Shown piece by piece: positions 1 to 14,160 of a DNA stretch of 64,000 bases. Positions within the stretch are counted from its first letter, which is position 1; each line of letters opens with the position of its first letter. Position numbers and translations under genes: made by a program. Origin of the DNA: Octopus vulgaris (Eukaryota); assembly GCA_951406725.2 (NCBI GenBank), contig OX597819.1, forward strand, positions 63,426,001-63,490,000. Direction: 5' to 3'. A model generated the notes under the pieces. It did not search any database. It was not told where the DNA came from and saw nothing but the letters and a program-made list of their open reading frames with translations.

Positions 1-56
1 TTTGCCTTTAGAAGTTGAGATGGGGCACGAACATATTTTAAGTGTCGAAATTTCTC

Positions 57-131
<75 letters not shown>

Positions 132-152
132 CACATACACACAGGCATCATA

Positions 153-187
<35 letters not shown>

Positions 188-190
<3 letters not shown>

Positions 191-699
191 GCAGTATCGC
201 CCGGCGTTGCTCGGGTTTGTAAGGGAAATAACTATATAAGCATTTTTAGAGATTTACTTCCCTTATAGATGCCAATTCGGGCTTTCTTAGCCATTTCTGT
301 TTTGGTGTCTTCAAGCCATGAAGTCGTTGTTCTAAAAGAACGCTGGTCTCCTTGACAACGCTTTACGACGTTGATTTCCTTGCACTCCCTTCCCCACAGC
401 TTCACGAGGGAGGGAAGAAGGGGAGAAGCAAAGAGGTGCGGGTGTGACCATGGACGCCAACTCCGCCGCCATCGACACACGAAAAATTATGCATTAAAAT
501 GGAATAAAAAATGATGTTAAATTATTTTTAAAATCGTAGACTCATCGTAGACGCGCGCTAATACCCAGACGGGCTCGATATGAATCACGACTATAAGATA
601 CCCGAATTGGGTTAAACTGCACGGTAAAATGTGGGAGTAGTTAGGAATCTAAATCGAAGGGGAGAGACACTCACACAACTACTGTTTTATATATATAGA
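188..699 (-). mobile_element. Non-autonomous Helitron, apparently complete
   Basis: Minus strand starts 5'-TC (699-698) and ends CTAG-3' (191-188). A GC hairpin CCCGAGCAACGCCGGG (200-215) lies ~12 nt from the 3' end. Inserted between host A and T with no TSD. Confidence 0.8.
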
Positions 700-799
700 T
701 TAGAGATAAAACCACAATTATGCAACTCAAACAGTGATAGACATAAGCCAAAACATAAATACCAAATAACATATATTTTTATAAAACATATAACTAGAT

Positions 800-1400
800 C
801 TCAAAAGGAATACCAAAAATGGGACAAGAACGCAAAACACCCAGACAGACGATACAAAGAAAACAAGGACGGGTCATTCGAAGTTCTTTTTCTTCACTTG
901 AGTTCCAGAAAATCTTTGCAATTTCGGCTGGTTATACTCGAGATTGCTGCAATCTTGCCAGCCCCAAGGAAAAACTAAGCTGAGAGCACTAGATTCCTTG
1001 GAAGAAAGCAGCGAATGTTTACGAAAACACGGACGGTAAAGCGGAGAAATATTACACAAATACAAAAGCAAATAAAGAACATTAAATTAAGCTGGCGTAT
1101 GTGGAAATGAAGCCTTACGGCAGGGACATAAATGATGACAGGCTTAGGGAGGAATATAGCTGTTGTACGGATGGTAGTCGTACCAAGAAAGAAAGGTCAG
1201 GTTTGGCCGAACACCGGTCACCTGGAGAGAGAAGAGAGAGATATAGAGGCAGAGGGATAGGATTATTAGGAAGGGCCGAGAAAAGTGAAAGAGGAGGGAA
1301 GGTGAGAATGACCTATATAAATATCTATCAGCAGACTAAGCGAGATCTATTATCGATAACACATACATTACATTTACTGGGAAGGTTCTAAGAGAAATGA
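800..1400. mobile_element. Interspersed repeat, probable Penelope-associated fragment
   Basis: Shares blocks (cgggtcattcg; aagct.agagca.taga; gctggc.tatgtg; gaacaccggtcac) with 19120-19620. PLE assignment is inferred from the tandem partial-repeat layout at 19120-20050. Confidence 0.5.
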
Positions 1401-1710
1401 AAGAGTTTCCGACGGGTGGTAATTGTAGCCTTGTAATAGGTGTTTGTATTTATAGTCATATAAGTTCAACATTCTTAATAATTTGTACCGAAACAAAATA
1501 TTAGGTCTGGTCTAGTAACTGTTATGACATGGGTATACATATCTGGTATAAAATGCCATTAAAGAAATAAATATGTTAACACGAAATGCATTCTGTACCC
1601 CTGGAATGTAGGTAGGATACTCAGTATTCGCTTTTGAACCACCAACTGCTAAACCAAAACACGTCGAACTGACATGGTTATGCAACACGCTCGAAGTAAC
1701 ACCCTCAACA

Positions 1711-1781
<71 letters not shown>

Positions 1782-1799
1782 GTGTCTGTATAATATAAA

Positions 1800-2400
1800 T
1801 TAGAAGGTAGAAAAGTAACACGAGTTGATATGTATAAGGAAAATAAGACAAGTAGAAAATGCTAAAATAATTTTATCATGAAGTACATTTTAATACAGGT
1901 TTCCGTCTTTTAGACTTTTTCAACTAAGAGTAATATAAGAAAAAACAATTTAACTAGAGAAAAAAATCAAGTGAAATGTTTTGTACATATTTCCATAGTC
2001 TTTAAATTGGTAAATATAACCATAGTCTTCAAATAGTCTGTCTCTGTTTGTATTCCTATGTGAATGCCTCGCAGGTGTGTAGTAGTAAATTTGAAGGAAT
2101 AGTTTGGGTACAGAGAATTGATAGTTTAAGCAGGAGCAGCCGAGGGAGGAGATGAAGAAGAAGGAGAAGAAAAAGACGAAAAAGAAGGGTAAGGAGGAGA
2201 TGAAGGAGGAAGAGAAGTAGGAGTGTGGAAAGAAGAGGAAGAGGGAGAAAGAGTTAGGTGTCATTGGAATCTTCTTTAATGGTCAAAGGACTTAAATGTC
2301 ACCTGTTGTAGTCGTAGCAGTGGTGGTTGGAATTGTTCTAAATTCTTGTAGTAGTTTCATCTGTGGTGGTGGTGGTGGTGGCATTCAAAACAAGTTATAT
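1800..2400 (-). mobile_element. Penelope-type repeat family P1, copy 1 (hammerhead-like motif plus internal GAA tract)
   Basis: Homologous to 20125-21000 and 22890-23720 (acacg.gttgatat..taag...tagaaaat.ctaaaa...ggtttc.gtc...ttttcaact). Confidence 0.6.
1890..1927 (-). ncRNA. Degenerate minimal hammerhead-like motif (U3:A8 core)
   Basis: Minus strand TTAG-TTGAAAA-AGTCTAAAAGACG-GAAA-CCTG-TA-TTAA; mismatches in stems II and III. Confidence 0.4.
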
Positions 2401-2630
2401 TTTGCGATAAAATATGCTTCCTTGCTAATGCTCTGTTTATAGGTTGCATTGTCACTGAATTTATAGAGGGGAAAAACTCTAAAGTTGCGTTCGTTAGTGA
2501 CACAAATATCGATGTGCTCGCTTAAACCTATTTTTCTGTATTCTCGTATTTTAACCTGGGGTCTATGTACCGTCTTCCTCTGGTGTAGACTGTTTTTAGT
2601 TCGACCAATATATTGTTGTCAACCCCCTGA
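2400..2630 (-). mobile_element. Penelope GIY-YIG endonuclease fragment
   Basis: Minus translation QQYIGRTKNSLHQRKTVHRPQVKIREYRKIGLSEHIDIC...FRVFPLYK matches the YIG/R/H pattern of PLE endonucleases. Confidence 0.7.
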
Positions 2631-2734
2631 GCAATTTAATGCATAGGGGGAGTTTACGAATAAAACAAAGGACGAAGACAGGTGGTGTACAAAACAACCA
2701 GATGTATCAGTATAATGCTCAGGAATAGAAAAAT

Positions 2735-2770
2735 CTTTTACGTTTCGAGCATACGCTCTTCTACAGAAAG
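2735..2770 (-). ncRNA. Minimal type I hammerhead-like motif (A6U core) in a PLE pseudo-LTR
   Basis: Minus strand CTTT-CTGTAGA-A-GAGC gtat GCTC-GAAA-CG-TA-AAAG; stems I and II intact. Confidence 0.55.
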
Positions 2771-2879
2771 GGACACAGAAAAAAAAAGGAGAGAAGCAAG
2801 GAGAGAAAAAAACAAGGAGAGAAAAATGTGTGTAGTGGTTAACGATCTAAGTTTTCGGAAGCGCGTGCGAAGTTGTTTT

Positions 2880-3200
2880 TCACTGTAAAACGTTGATCCT
2901 GTTTGAAGGAGAATTCCGATCCTTCAATTAGGTTGAAGGTTAAAAAAATTTTCATTGACTTTGGTTCTCTTTTGCACTTTATGATGGTGTGCGTTCGGAG
3001 GGTTGGATCCATTCTCTGGTACCTTTTTAGTAAAGGCATGTGCTATGGGATGGTGACGACGGCCTCATTGTGCGTGGATAAGTATGATAGCGCTTTTGGC
3101 TGTAAATCCGTCTTTAGTCTTGGGTGTCTAAATCTGTGGATGAAAGCCTATATCAATTAGGGATTTGACCATTAAAGAAGATTCCACGAACAATCTGCTG
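2880..3200 (-). mobile_element. Penelope RT-EN linker fragment
   Basis: ORF 2839-3039 contains TIIKCKREPKSMKIFLT, resembling the PLE linker motif IIKxKRQPKxLKxxLT; adjacent to the GIY-YIG fragment. Confidence 0.55.
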
Positions 3201-3387
3201 TGTTATAACACCTGTATTTTTCTTTTCTTTTCTTTTTCCTTCTCCCTCTTCTTTCCCTACTCCTACTTCCCTTCCTCCTACATCATCATCATCATCAACA
3301 ACATCATCATCATCATCATCATCAGAAGAAGAAGAAGGAGTAAGACGAAGATATACTACTAACCACCTACAAGGCATTCACAAAGGA

Positions 3388-3427
<40 letters not shown>

Positions 3428-3519
3428 TATCTGAAGACTGGAAATATCTACCAAACTAGGGAAAAAAGTCTAAAAGGTGGAAACTGGTACTAAAATGTGT
3501 GTATGTATCCATGTATATA

Positions 3520-3574
<55 letters not shown>

Positions 3575-3699
3575 TTATATATGTATGTATATATATAAAA
3601 TTTAATTCATTTCTAATCATCTTTCTATCTTTTTTTTTATATTTTATCGTTTTACTCCTCATAATTAATTCATTTTGTTAATATTTTATAATATTGAAT

Positions 3700-4250
3700 C
3701 TGTTTCCTAGATGTTGATCGAAATTTGTCCTTTCCTTTGACTCATTTCGAGGATGTTGTTGGATATGAAATACACTTCTGTTGATTATGAAATACACTCG
3801 GTGTGATATCATTTTTGAGATGTGCTGTAGAATGAGAAACAAAGTGTCTAATAGTCTTGATCCGTTGAATTGTGTTGATGTCCCTTTTGGAATAAGTCCT
3901 TTGTTTTACAAGAACTGTTTTGTAAATCTGAGTTAATACGATTTGTTTACTTTGATGTTGTTACTTGCAGTAATAATCTCTTGGATCCCCAGGTCGCGTT
4001 TACATTTTTAACACTGTTAACACCACAGTATTTTATGGTATTGACCAGGTGAGGAAGTCATAATAATATCCATTGGACAGCTGATGATAGGAATACGCAT
4101 TTGTTATGCTTCATAGAGAATTTATTATAGCTTGGTCTCGCTTTTCTCAGTTGCCCTTCATTCTTGTTAATGTAAAGTGGAAAGTGTTTGTAGATTTATA
4201 GGTTGTGGGGATCATTACATTGGTATTGGTTTTCTTCAAAGGTAATATAA
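3700..4250 (-). mobile_element. Degenerate Penelope ORF N-terminal/RT-start fragment
   Basis: Frameshifted KH...RIPIISCP-like motif near 4070-4115, collinear with the downstream PLE fragments; heavily decayed. Confidence 0.35.
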
Positions 4251-4464
4251 TTAAGCTGAGTTATCGAGGACTAGACTTGGGAGGTTCTATGGCCTATATG
4301 TATACACATATTGTATATTGAGGCGCATAATCTATATACAGACGGCCTTAGCAATGACAAATATAGATTCATCAGCAATGAACACATTAAAAACGCAGGA
4401 CAAAACGATTGAAGTGGTGCTTTATCGTTTCTTTATGGAAATTAAATCTTTATATGTATGTATG

Positions 4465-4558
<94 letters not shown>

Positions 4559-5966
4559 CATATATATATATGTTTGTGTGTATCTGTTTTTCTGCTTATT
4601 TATCTATCTATCTTTCTATTTATCGGTATGTCTGTCTTCCTGTCTGTCTATCTATCTCTCTATCTTATATATCTATATGACAGATTTTGCATTAGCTGAA
4701 TTCATATATTTAGGTATTAATTGAAAAAAAGAAACTTGTTATCAATGCTTGTATGTATTATATTTTTTTAATGAATACATAAGATAATGTGCACAAAAAA
4801 TACCATTTTATTTTGTATGTGAATAGATATAAATAACACACATTTTGAGCATAGTAATTGAATTATTAACATAAAACGTGTTTTCCAATGGCCTCTTCCA
4901 CAAACAATCATATTTTGCATATTGTTGACGAAATGCAGTTCCTTTCTTCGGAAATATTTTGGCTTATATATAGTGTCATATTCCTGCGCTAATTCAGTCT
5001 TTAGCGTCACCGCTACCATGAAACACAGATAAACGATGCAAGAATTTCTTCAAACGTGTGTTGGTGTATGGGTGGTAATGTAGGGAGACGTGTTTTCGTA
5101 ACTTTTAATGTTTGCGAGCATCTGCTTTTCTTTTGTTCCATCCCATATTTTATATAGCTGCCAGGGTATTTCAGACTATGTACCTACATGGCTAACTTTC
5201 CATACATCTATATATCTATTTACCAATTTGTATATGTAGTTATCTAATTATCTCTTTACCAATACATGCGTGTATGTGTATGTGCTTCTGTGTGTATGTG
5301 AACAGACGTGATTCTAATTTTGTATTTCTCACTCGTCCTCTTTCGACCCCCCCCCCGCCCTGTCTTCTCTCATACATCTGGCGTTGACACATATATATTC
5401 AGTTCTAAGCCATCAAAAGTTTATTGTGTTAAAGCGTTTGCTGTGTATCATGATAATTTAATTTGTATCACCTCTAATGCATACATATATAAGCACAAAT
5501 ATATATCCATACAAACATACATTAATGGCTAAATATCACATACACAGATATGTATATACACACATATATATATGTGTGTGATTCTGTATATATGTACATA
5601 TATACACACATATACATACATATATATATATATATGTATACACAAAGAAAGACAAACACTCATACACATAACAAACTGACACATATATATTGAATCCTAA
5701 CATAGCTTCAATCACCATTCAATTGATTTTATTGACAAATAACTCAAGAGAACAGCTTGGATGGTTTGTAATTTTGCTATCAGCAAATCTTCTTATCAGT
5801 GTTATGACCATAGCTAGGCCATCGTTAAAGCTTTTCAATAATTACGACGCCATCATATGCCGAACTTTCCTTTCCCTGTAGCCATTTACGGTCTACCGAA
5901 CTATATGTGTGTGTGTTTGTGAGTGTATGTCAATATTAATGTATGTATATAAATTTATATGGTATG

Positions 5967-6057
<91 letters not shown>

Positions 6058-6130
6058 ATATATGTGTATGTGTTTGTATGTGCTTGACTTAACTATGTAT
6101 ATCTACGCACATACATATCATATACAAATA

Positions 6131-6166
<36 letters not shown>

Positions 6167-8074
6167 TATATACATAAATATATACATATATAAGTATACA
6201 CACAGACACACAGACACACAGACACACACACACACACACACATGCTCTTTTGTTTCCTTATGCTGCCTCGAAGCTCATATTATGATTTCCTCACTTTGTC
6301 TTCAAACCTCCGCCGTCCTATAAAATGGCAAATTGTGTCTGTATCTCCTCCTACGCTTCCTCCTGTTTGTCTCTAAACAATTTATCGGTTAATCACATTC
6401 CTCCTCTTCTCTCTTTCTCTCTTCCACACTTTTCTTTTTACTTTCTCACCATCTTTCTTCCTCTCTCCCACTCCGTTTTGCTCTCTTGTGAATTCCTTGT
6501 AATGTCTTATACCAGGACATCGATATCAAAATCACTAGCCATAAAGACTAGCGTTCCAATTTCCTTGCAACCTATTAATTAGTTTGTAGATTTACTTGCC
6601 TACAATTAGACTATTTAGTATAATCATTAAATTTCACACCCTTTATGAACAGTAATCAATGCAAATTGCAATAATCTCACTCAAAAATGTGTTATCTCTT
6701 CGCTTCGTTGATGCGTTCTACTAATGTATTACTTCACGTGTGAGATATCTGGTAACATCTTTGTCTAAGAGTAGGGGCCATCGTTCACTTCATGTCCCCG
6801 TTAAACCAGGTTTTGTATGGTTCTTCATACGTAGGGTATGAAATGAAATGCGTTCGCTATATTCTAATATTTTCACATTGGCAGTGCTGATAAATTTTCA
6901 TGACGCACCAAATGGTTTTTCATTTATGTATGTACCAAATATTTCCTTTACAGTTGTTTAAACATTTACGATTTTTCAATAGTGTGATTGCTTGTAACCC
7001 TTTATGATCTTACAGTATAGCGCTGTATGAATTTAGCCATGTTCATTAGGTTGTGGTTCTGAAGCGTGTTTACGTTTCTCTTAGGTTGACACGGGATGGA
7101 GCAGATATGTTAGAGGAATCCCAGTCTGGTATCTGTTGCTACATGTTATGTGGCTTACAAAATACTGGGGACGGTCTCTTCGACTAAAGGCAGTGCTGCA
7201 GCATGGTTGCGGTGCTAAGTATCCAAGTGAGGTGTATATTACAGACTACTCTTCAGACCAAGGACATCTTGATTAAATGAAAGTTTACATTGACGGGAGG
7301 AAGTACATGTCAACACGTGGAAGATTCAAATTCAATCAGAAGGTGTAAGAGCTACGTAGGAACGGAGAATGTAAATGTAGAGAGAAAGAGGAATTAAAAG
7401 AAGTAAGAAAGAAGCAAAACATAAGGGAGTGAGAGGTATGAAGAATTTAAGCAAAATATTTTCTTATTTCTCCTAACTCGCCCATCTGGCATTCCTCCGT
7501 AAACTTACAAGTACATACGCCAACATACACCTCTACTACTTCATACTGTAAACACGTTCACCTCACAAAATATACATTCCTCAATTGCATGCCTCTGGTA
7601 GACGCTACCATTCTTCCCCATTCTGCCTCGCTTTCTTCATGCATATATTTTTCTCTGCTTTGACCATAAATATCTCCCCAACCTCTTCCCTCTACATATT
7701 CTTTTTTTCAAAATACCACTCCCCTCCTGTGATTTGGCCAAAACAGCCCTATTGAATTCACCCGGTCAATTGACCTTGCCTAAATTCATCATTCGTCTCT
7801 CATGTTTTTTTCTTTCTTCCTTCTTTTAATCCCTTTTTCTACATTTATTTTTTCCATTCCTACTGGGATCTTACACATTCTGACTGAATCTCCCATGTGT
7901 AAACACGTACCTCTTTGCGACAATGTAAACTTTCATTTAATCAAAATATCCTTGGCCTGAAGAGTAGCCTGGGATATACACTTTGCTTGACTATTTACCA
8001 TTTCCGAGGTTCCGCTCACAATGTAACATATATAGCCCGGATCTTATCTACTCCATTTCTTAACACTTTTATTC

Positions 8075-8112
8075 TTATTCGCAAAACCTGGAAACCCTGG
8101 TAGCCTACCGTG
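8075..8112 (+). mobile_element. Small Penelope RT remnant
   Basis: aaacctggaaaccctggtagccta encodes KPGNPG followed by a frameshifted RP-like segment, as in the PLE RT motif KIHKPGNPGRPIVS. Confidence 0.35.
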
Positions 8113-8268
8113 AAATATATATATAAAAAAATACGTTTTTCAATTTATCATATTTCGATACGAAAATAACCACGACCTTCCGTCTCTATAAACCACTATT
8201 ATACATGACAGGTATTTTTAATATTTACAACGGATGTTAACTTTCTTCGTGCACCTCGAGCCTTGGAT

Positions 8269-8314
<46 letters not shown>

Positions 8315-9262
8315 TGTGTGTGTACGTATGTATGTGTGTATATACATAGATACATTCATAGTTAAATAATTCCACTTTTCCTCATTTCAAGCTGATATTT
8401 CGGCCAATGATTATATGTCCTTGCTCTCTTCTATCTCTTTTCAATCAGTGTCATTGCAAATTATGGGCTTAATATATTTGGTAGGCATCAAGTATATTTT
8501 ATCGAAAGGGTAACAAATACTTCCTATAATTTGATGTAGGTCTGTAGGTGTAGCAATTGAAACGCAAATTATATTTTGAGACGTGTACAATGAAGGGCGA
8601 AATTTCCTTTTAAAGAAGAGACTTGATTCGATTTTTCTTAAAGTAGAATCGACTCACATAATGTTAACTAATGGCCGAGTGCTAATATTTAACCAGCAGT
8701 AAATTATAACACACAGATTCTAGCTTCCTTGAACATAATATTGAAATGATATTTTTTTTTTACCTGTCGAGTGGAAGGACATCAGCTCAAACATTTGGTA
8801 AGTTTACTATACCTACAATTACAGTAGGCCTGTGTATGCACTTGCGAAAAATATGTGAAATATAAATATGTGGAATATTGTATATGGAAAGTAAAAGTCT
8901 TTTTGGTGACCGCTATCAAATCGCCGATAATTTTATTGACATCCATGAACATTGAAGTCTAATATATGATTTTATTAATATTACTCAACATTATCTTCTG
9001 TTGCTATGGATTACAGTCTTGTTACTTCGTTGAAAGGGATTGAATATTACAAGGCATGAATTAATAAAAGCAAGTTAAAAAATCATTTATTATTTATTCT
9101 TTTACTGACATAACTTAAATGGATGAGTTTATGTAAAAAGATTGTCTATTAAGGGTTGAAATAAAATAATAAACATAAAAGATATAGTAAATACGTATCA
9201 AAAATTACCAATTTTCCCAATATAGATATAAGATCCAGGGATCGAGCTGCACGAAGAAATTA

Positions 9263-9427
9263 GGTGCAGGGTTGACTGTGTGGTAAGTAGCTTGCTTACC
9301 AACCACACAGTTCTGTGTTTATTCCCACTGCGTGGCACCTTGAGCAAGTCTCTTCTACTATAGCCTCAGGCCGACCAAAGCCTTGTGAGTGGATTTGGTA
9401 GACGGAAACTGAAAGACGCCCGTCTTC

Positions 9428-9490
<63 letters not shown>

Positions 9491-9710
9491 GTGTGTATGT
9501 GTGTATGTTTGTATGTCTGTGTTTATCCCCACAACATCGCTTGATAATCGATGCTGGTGTGTTTACGTCCCCGTAACTTAGCGTTTCAGCAACAGGGACT
9601 GATAGAATAAGTACTAGGCTTCCAAAGAATAAGGCCTGGGGTCGATTTGTTCGACTAAAGGTGGTGCTCCAGCATGGCCGCAGTCAAAGGACAAACAAGT
9701 AAAAGAGTAA
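9263..9710 (+). mobile_element. tRNA-derived SINE family B with CORE-like segment and internal (TA)n/(TG)n
   Basis: Degenerate A/B-box head, gtggcaccttgagcaagtc CORE-like block, tail ...gctccagcatggccgcagtc...aacaagtaaaagag; near-identical body at 22938-23280. Confidence 0.8.
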
Positions 9711-11163
9711 AGATTTTATCGATATATTTGCTTGTCAGATAAATTCATTCGCTTTTATCTACCTGGCTCTCCATCATCATGTCTGAAAACAAGTAAAATG
9801 CATTCCGGTTTTAAAAACTATAATCAGATGTAGATGAAAAATACAACTAGAAACAGCAATGAAACACAACTATTAAAATATTTTTCGCATAAATTAATAT
9901 AACAATGGAAACAGTTTAAAAAAATAGATAAATAGATATATAAATAAATGAAAGAACGAAAGAATTTATCTCACAAGCCAATAAACAAATGAGACTTTCA
10001 CAACATTGTATAAATTATTGTATGAAGACCACGATTGAGCAATCCAAGAAAATCTAGAATAACAATGAAGCTAATGTATATTAAACAAAACCTTTGTAAA
10101 AGGACTGTTTCTGATGTAATGTTGTCAATGTTGTCAATATATCATTGCATCCAATATACAATCAGAAATTAATACACATTTTATATGTTTTTAAGCCTAT
10201 GTCTAGAGAAAGGGATGGCCGTTTCGTTGATACAGATGTGGTTAACGCTATAACTCGATACATATGAAAAACACAAAGTGAATCGGATTTAGGAAGGAAG
10301 GTGTGCTTGACTTCGTGATGCAAGGCTTCAACGTTCTTACACAACCTCCGTATTCATTCTGATTTAAAAGAGAAGACAAACGGGATTTTATGATAATTAT
10401 GATAAGGCAGAAACGACAAGACTAGAATGTTATATGCAATAATCAATGATAGAAACCTGGAAACGCGCAGTCTTTTTATTAGTTTCCTTTCAAAATCTAT
10501 ATATCGTCATGTTGGTAAGTCAATAATCATAGAAACTGTGGCCACTAGCATACTAGAGAGCAATGTCGGTGATATTCTCTACTTTGCAGAGATTTATGTC
10601 ACATATCTAAACAGGTGAGGGATGAGTTAATGTGAAACTGGTATTGACTTTCCTTGCAACCAAAATATGGTTAGAACTGATTATATCAGGTCTATATTCG
10701 ATTAAAAGGTCCTCACAGTTTTCTCCTGTTTTACTTAACAATATTATTATTTGTTTCCATTTGAGGTTCTTTCGCATTCATTATCAATATTTATTGTTTT
10801 CTTGAGAAAGACCTGCTATCTCTCACAAGATATTTCTGCATTACGTCTGGTGGAAATTGGTAACATTAAAATAAAATGAATCAAAGTTTTCAAGACGCAA
10901 CACATTTTTCAGTCTTGAATCTGTCTGGGCTTTTTTTTTCTGAAACAGAGAAATGAATATAGAGCCAAAATTGTTTTTCAAGTAAAAACGTTTTGATAAC
11001 AGAGATTTAAAATCAGATTTAAAAAACATATTTGAAGAAATCGGAGGCTCTAACGATTCTGACAAGGGTCTGGTTTCAAGAGAAAGGCGAAATACAGAGA
11101 AAAACAAGGAACAATGGATATGGAGGTTAGTGTTAAGTAAAATAGTGTGTTCTACTATAACGA

Positions 11164-11444
11164 TGTTTGTTCCTTCTCGAGCCATGCCTGGCGTATAAGG
11201 GCCGGTTTCCGGTTTTCTTGGCGTATAGGTTCCCCACATGGACGGGACGCCGGTCCGTCGCAGGTGAGCTGCGAGTGGAAAGAGTGAGAGAAATTTGTGC
11301 CGAAAGAGTCGGCAGAAGTTCGCTGTTACCTTCTGCCGGAATCGCGTGGAAGTTATGTCTTTCGCTCATAAACACACACATCGCCCGGTCTGAGATTCGA
11401 ACCCGCGAGTTCTCTGCTCTAACCACTAGGCCATGTGCCTCCAC
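11164..11444 (-). mobile_element. tRNA-derived SINE family A
   Basis: Minus strand GTGGAGGCACATGGCCTAGTGGTTAGAGC (A box) ... GGGTTCGAATCTC (B box); homologous to 13113 and 21150. Confidence 0.9.
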
Positions 11445-13112
11445 AGTATAACAATTCTTATACATAAACAGTTAAGTAATAATATCTCCACTTACTATTC
11501 GAAATCAAAATAAGTACAAGAAAAGGAACTCCGAAATGCAGGAGAAACCGCATACATTTATTTGAAGCATCCTACACAAGACCTTCATAAAATATCGGAT
11601 GCTTTCCAGTTCTTAAGGCTAATGTACAACTATAAGGGTGTTAGTGTGATTGGTCGCCGTTAAGCTGGCATACATTGATATCACCAGTGCAATTTGTCGT
11701 AGAAGAAGTTCAGGAGAAACTATTAATATTTTTGGTGCTATTGTAAGTAGTCCGAGTATTACAGGTACACGGCGGTTTTGTCCATTTAACAAGTTTTATG
11801 TTTAAAATACCTCATCTCATAGAATTTGTTTAAGTTGTTTAGCGCTCAAATATCCCTGGACTCTGTGTGAAATTTATTCAGTATTTTAATTTAGTCTTTT
11901 CAGGTGTTCCATTGCGATAGCTCGTATAGTTAATCATAGTGGAAATTAAGTTACTTTTCACTAATTAACTGTTACAAAAGATATATATATATATCGATTA
12001 TTTACGTAAGTAATTATCATAATTGCTTATTGAATTACTGTATTCAAATTATAATTTTTCTTGATTTCCACATATATATTCCAAGCATGCTATTTAAAAT
12101 ATTTTATGAGAAATGTAGATGAGTTTATATACTATGTTATTGCTAAAATGGTGTCACTGCAATTTTCCTTTCATATAAAATTTTACTTAGAGAATTGCTG
12201 CAAAGGAATCTAAATTTGCAAGGTTGTTTCCAATCATCAAAGGAGATTATTGTAGGCGAACAATTCACCCCTGTTGGGGAAACAAGTTCGACGAACACTC
12301 ATCATCACCTTTATTACAGCTATCGTTAAAATTCAGTTTAACATACATTGATTTGCGAAGAGTGTAATTGTATTATTAGTGTTATATATTACGGAATCAC
12401 TAGATATACTTCGAGAAATCACACCAATAAAATATTATTTTCTCTTTATCGCATATCGTGGTGTTAAGTAAAGCAGAAGAGACACGATTTCAAAGCATGA
12501 TTAACTTTCAAAATTCCCTGAATTGACCTCTACACCGGAGGCAAATGAAACGATCACTTTTAGATTTACCAATGTTGTCGCCGCTTACCATTGGGAAATA
12601 TAATATTTCACTTGCATCTGCATGCCTTCAGCTAAATATATTGATTCTTATTGGGTAAAATATATTTGAATACTATCCGAATCACTAGAAGCAGAGCATA
12701 ATTACATCGACATTTTCTGAATTGTAGTCCATGAGGTGAAGCCGATGAGAAACGAAACATTTGTTCCAGACGCATAGTACGCCAGTATATCGTAGTAAGC
12801 TTATATGTGAAGGGGGAACAACTGGAGCCGGCTTTACTAATTTACGAGACAATGGTTTATCATGGAGTGCTCCCGGGACTGCTAACGTCTATGCTACATG
12901 TTAGGTTATCGTCTGTAAAACGGCGGGTCAGTCAATCAAATGTGTGGAAGCATCAATAGAATCGCTACTGAAAACTATATCCACAATATTTATGGGTTAA
13001 CCGTAAACTTCATGCTCCCAATCACAGGATATTAGCATAATCATTTCCCTCTATATAAATTTCTGCTGCACATAACCTTACGTTACATTAACATATATTA
13101 TGTATAACTATG

Positions 13113-13412
13113 GTGGAGGCACATGGCCTAGTCGTTAGAGCAGCAGACTCGCGGTCGAGGGATCGCGAGTTCGAATCTCAGACCGGGGCGATGTGTGTTT
13201 ATGAGCGAAACATCTAAGCTCCAGGCAGCTCCTGCAGAAGGTAATGGCGAACTTCTGCTGACTCTTTCGCCACAAGTTTCTCTCACTTTTTCGTCCTGCA
13301 TCTTGCAGCTCACCTGCGGCGGACCGGCGTCCCGTCCAGGTGGGGAACCTATACGCCAAGGAAACCGGGAAACCGGCCCTATGAACCAGGGATAGCTCGA
13401 GAAGAAACAAAC
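13113..13412 (+). mobile_element. tRNA-derived SINE family A, full length with TSD
   Basis: A box TGGCCTAGTCG, B box GAGTTCGAATCT, tail ...ctcgagaagaaacaaac; flanking direct repeat tataactat (13103-13111 / 13416-13424). Confidence 0.9.
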
Positions 13413-13947
13413 ATATATAACTATATGTAGTCTAAGACAGCCTACTTTTTAATGAGCATATTTCTTGTCATTCTATTGTAAACTCTCACTTTCCGATTCA
13501 AATCCAAGCTCTCTACCCCCTCATAAATCTCTAAATGGAAACTCTATACAAAACACTAAATTTGTATAAAGTGTGAAAATATATATATAGACTTGAATCT
13601 ATTAAATGTTATGCTTATCGTTTTGCAGTTTGCTTTACGTTGGCCACTGATTGAGCTGAATTCTCATCGGAGGCATTCGAGCCATGTTTATTTCACCTTA
13701 TCTTAAAACCTTCGTACGTGGTTTAAGCGTTAGTTACCTGTTGTTTCTGGTAAGTTTTAATCAAACTGATAAGTTAGACTTTCTTCATCTTGCTATGTAT
13801 TCTTTCAGAAGATGTATGGAAGCAGTTGTTAAAATAAATTGTCATTATTGCATTTTTTTTTAGATTGATGTTATGTATATTGTTAAGGAAGAGATCTTGC
13901 AGAGTCTGGTGCAATAATTAGAAACCAGTATTATGTACATCGTTAAG

Positions 13948-14160
13948 GGAGCGCGCTGGCAGAATTGCTTGCACGCCAAAGAAAATACTTAGTGACATGT
14001 CTTCCAGCATTTTACGTACTTAATTCACATTCCGCCGACGTCAACACTGGCTTTTGTTCTTTCGGAATGGACAAAATAAATTACTTGTCAAGCTCTAGGG
14101 TCGGTGTGATTGAGTCACACACTACTCCCAAAATTTCTGGCCTTGTACAGAAATTAAAAA
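13948..14160 (+). mobile_element. SINE family C, decayed copy
   Basis: gctggcagaa head and cttttgttctttcggaatggacaaaataa central block, similar to 31400-31775. Confidence 0.55.

Noticed and set aside
12200-12225. ggaatctaaa.ttgcaag match to the minus strand near 24750-24770 (ESK.ARL)
   Set aside because: A short match of this kind is expected by chance in 64 kb of AT-rich DNA, and the homology does not extend.
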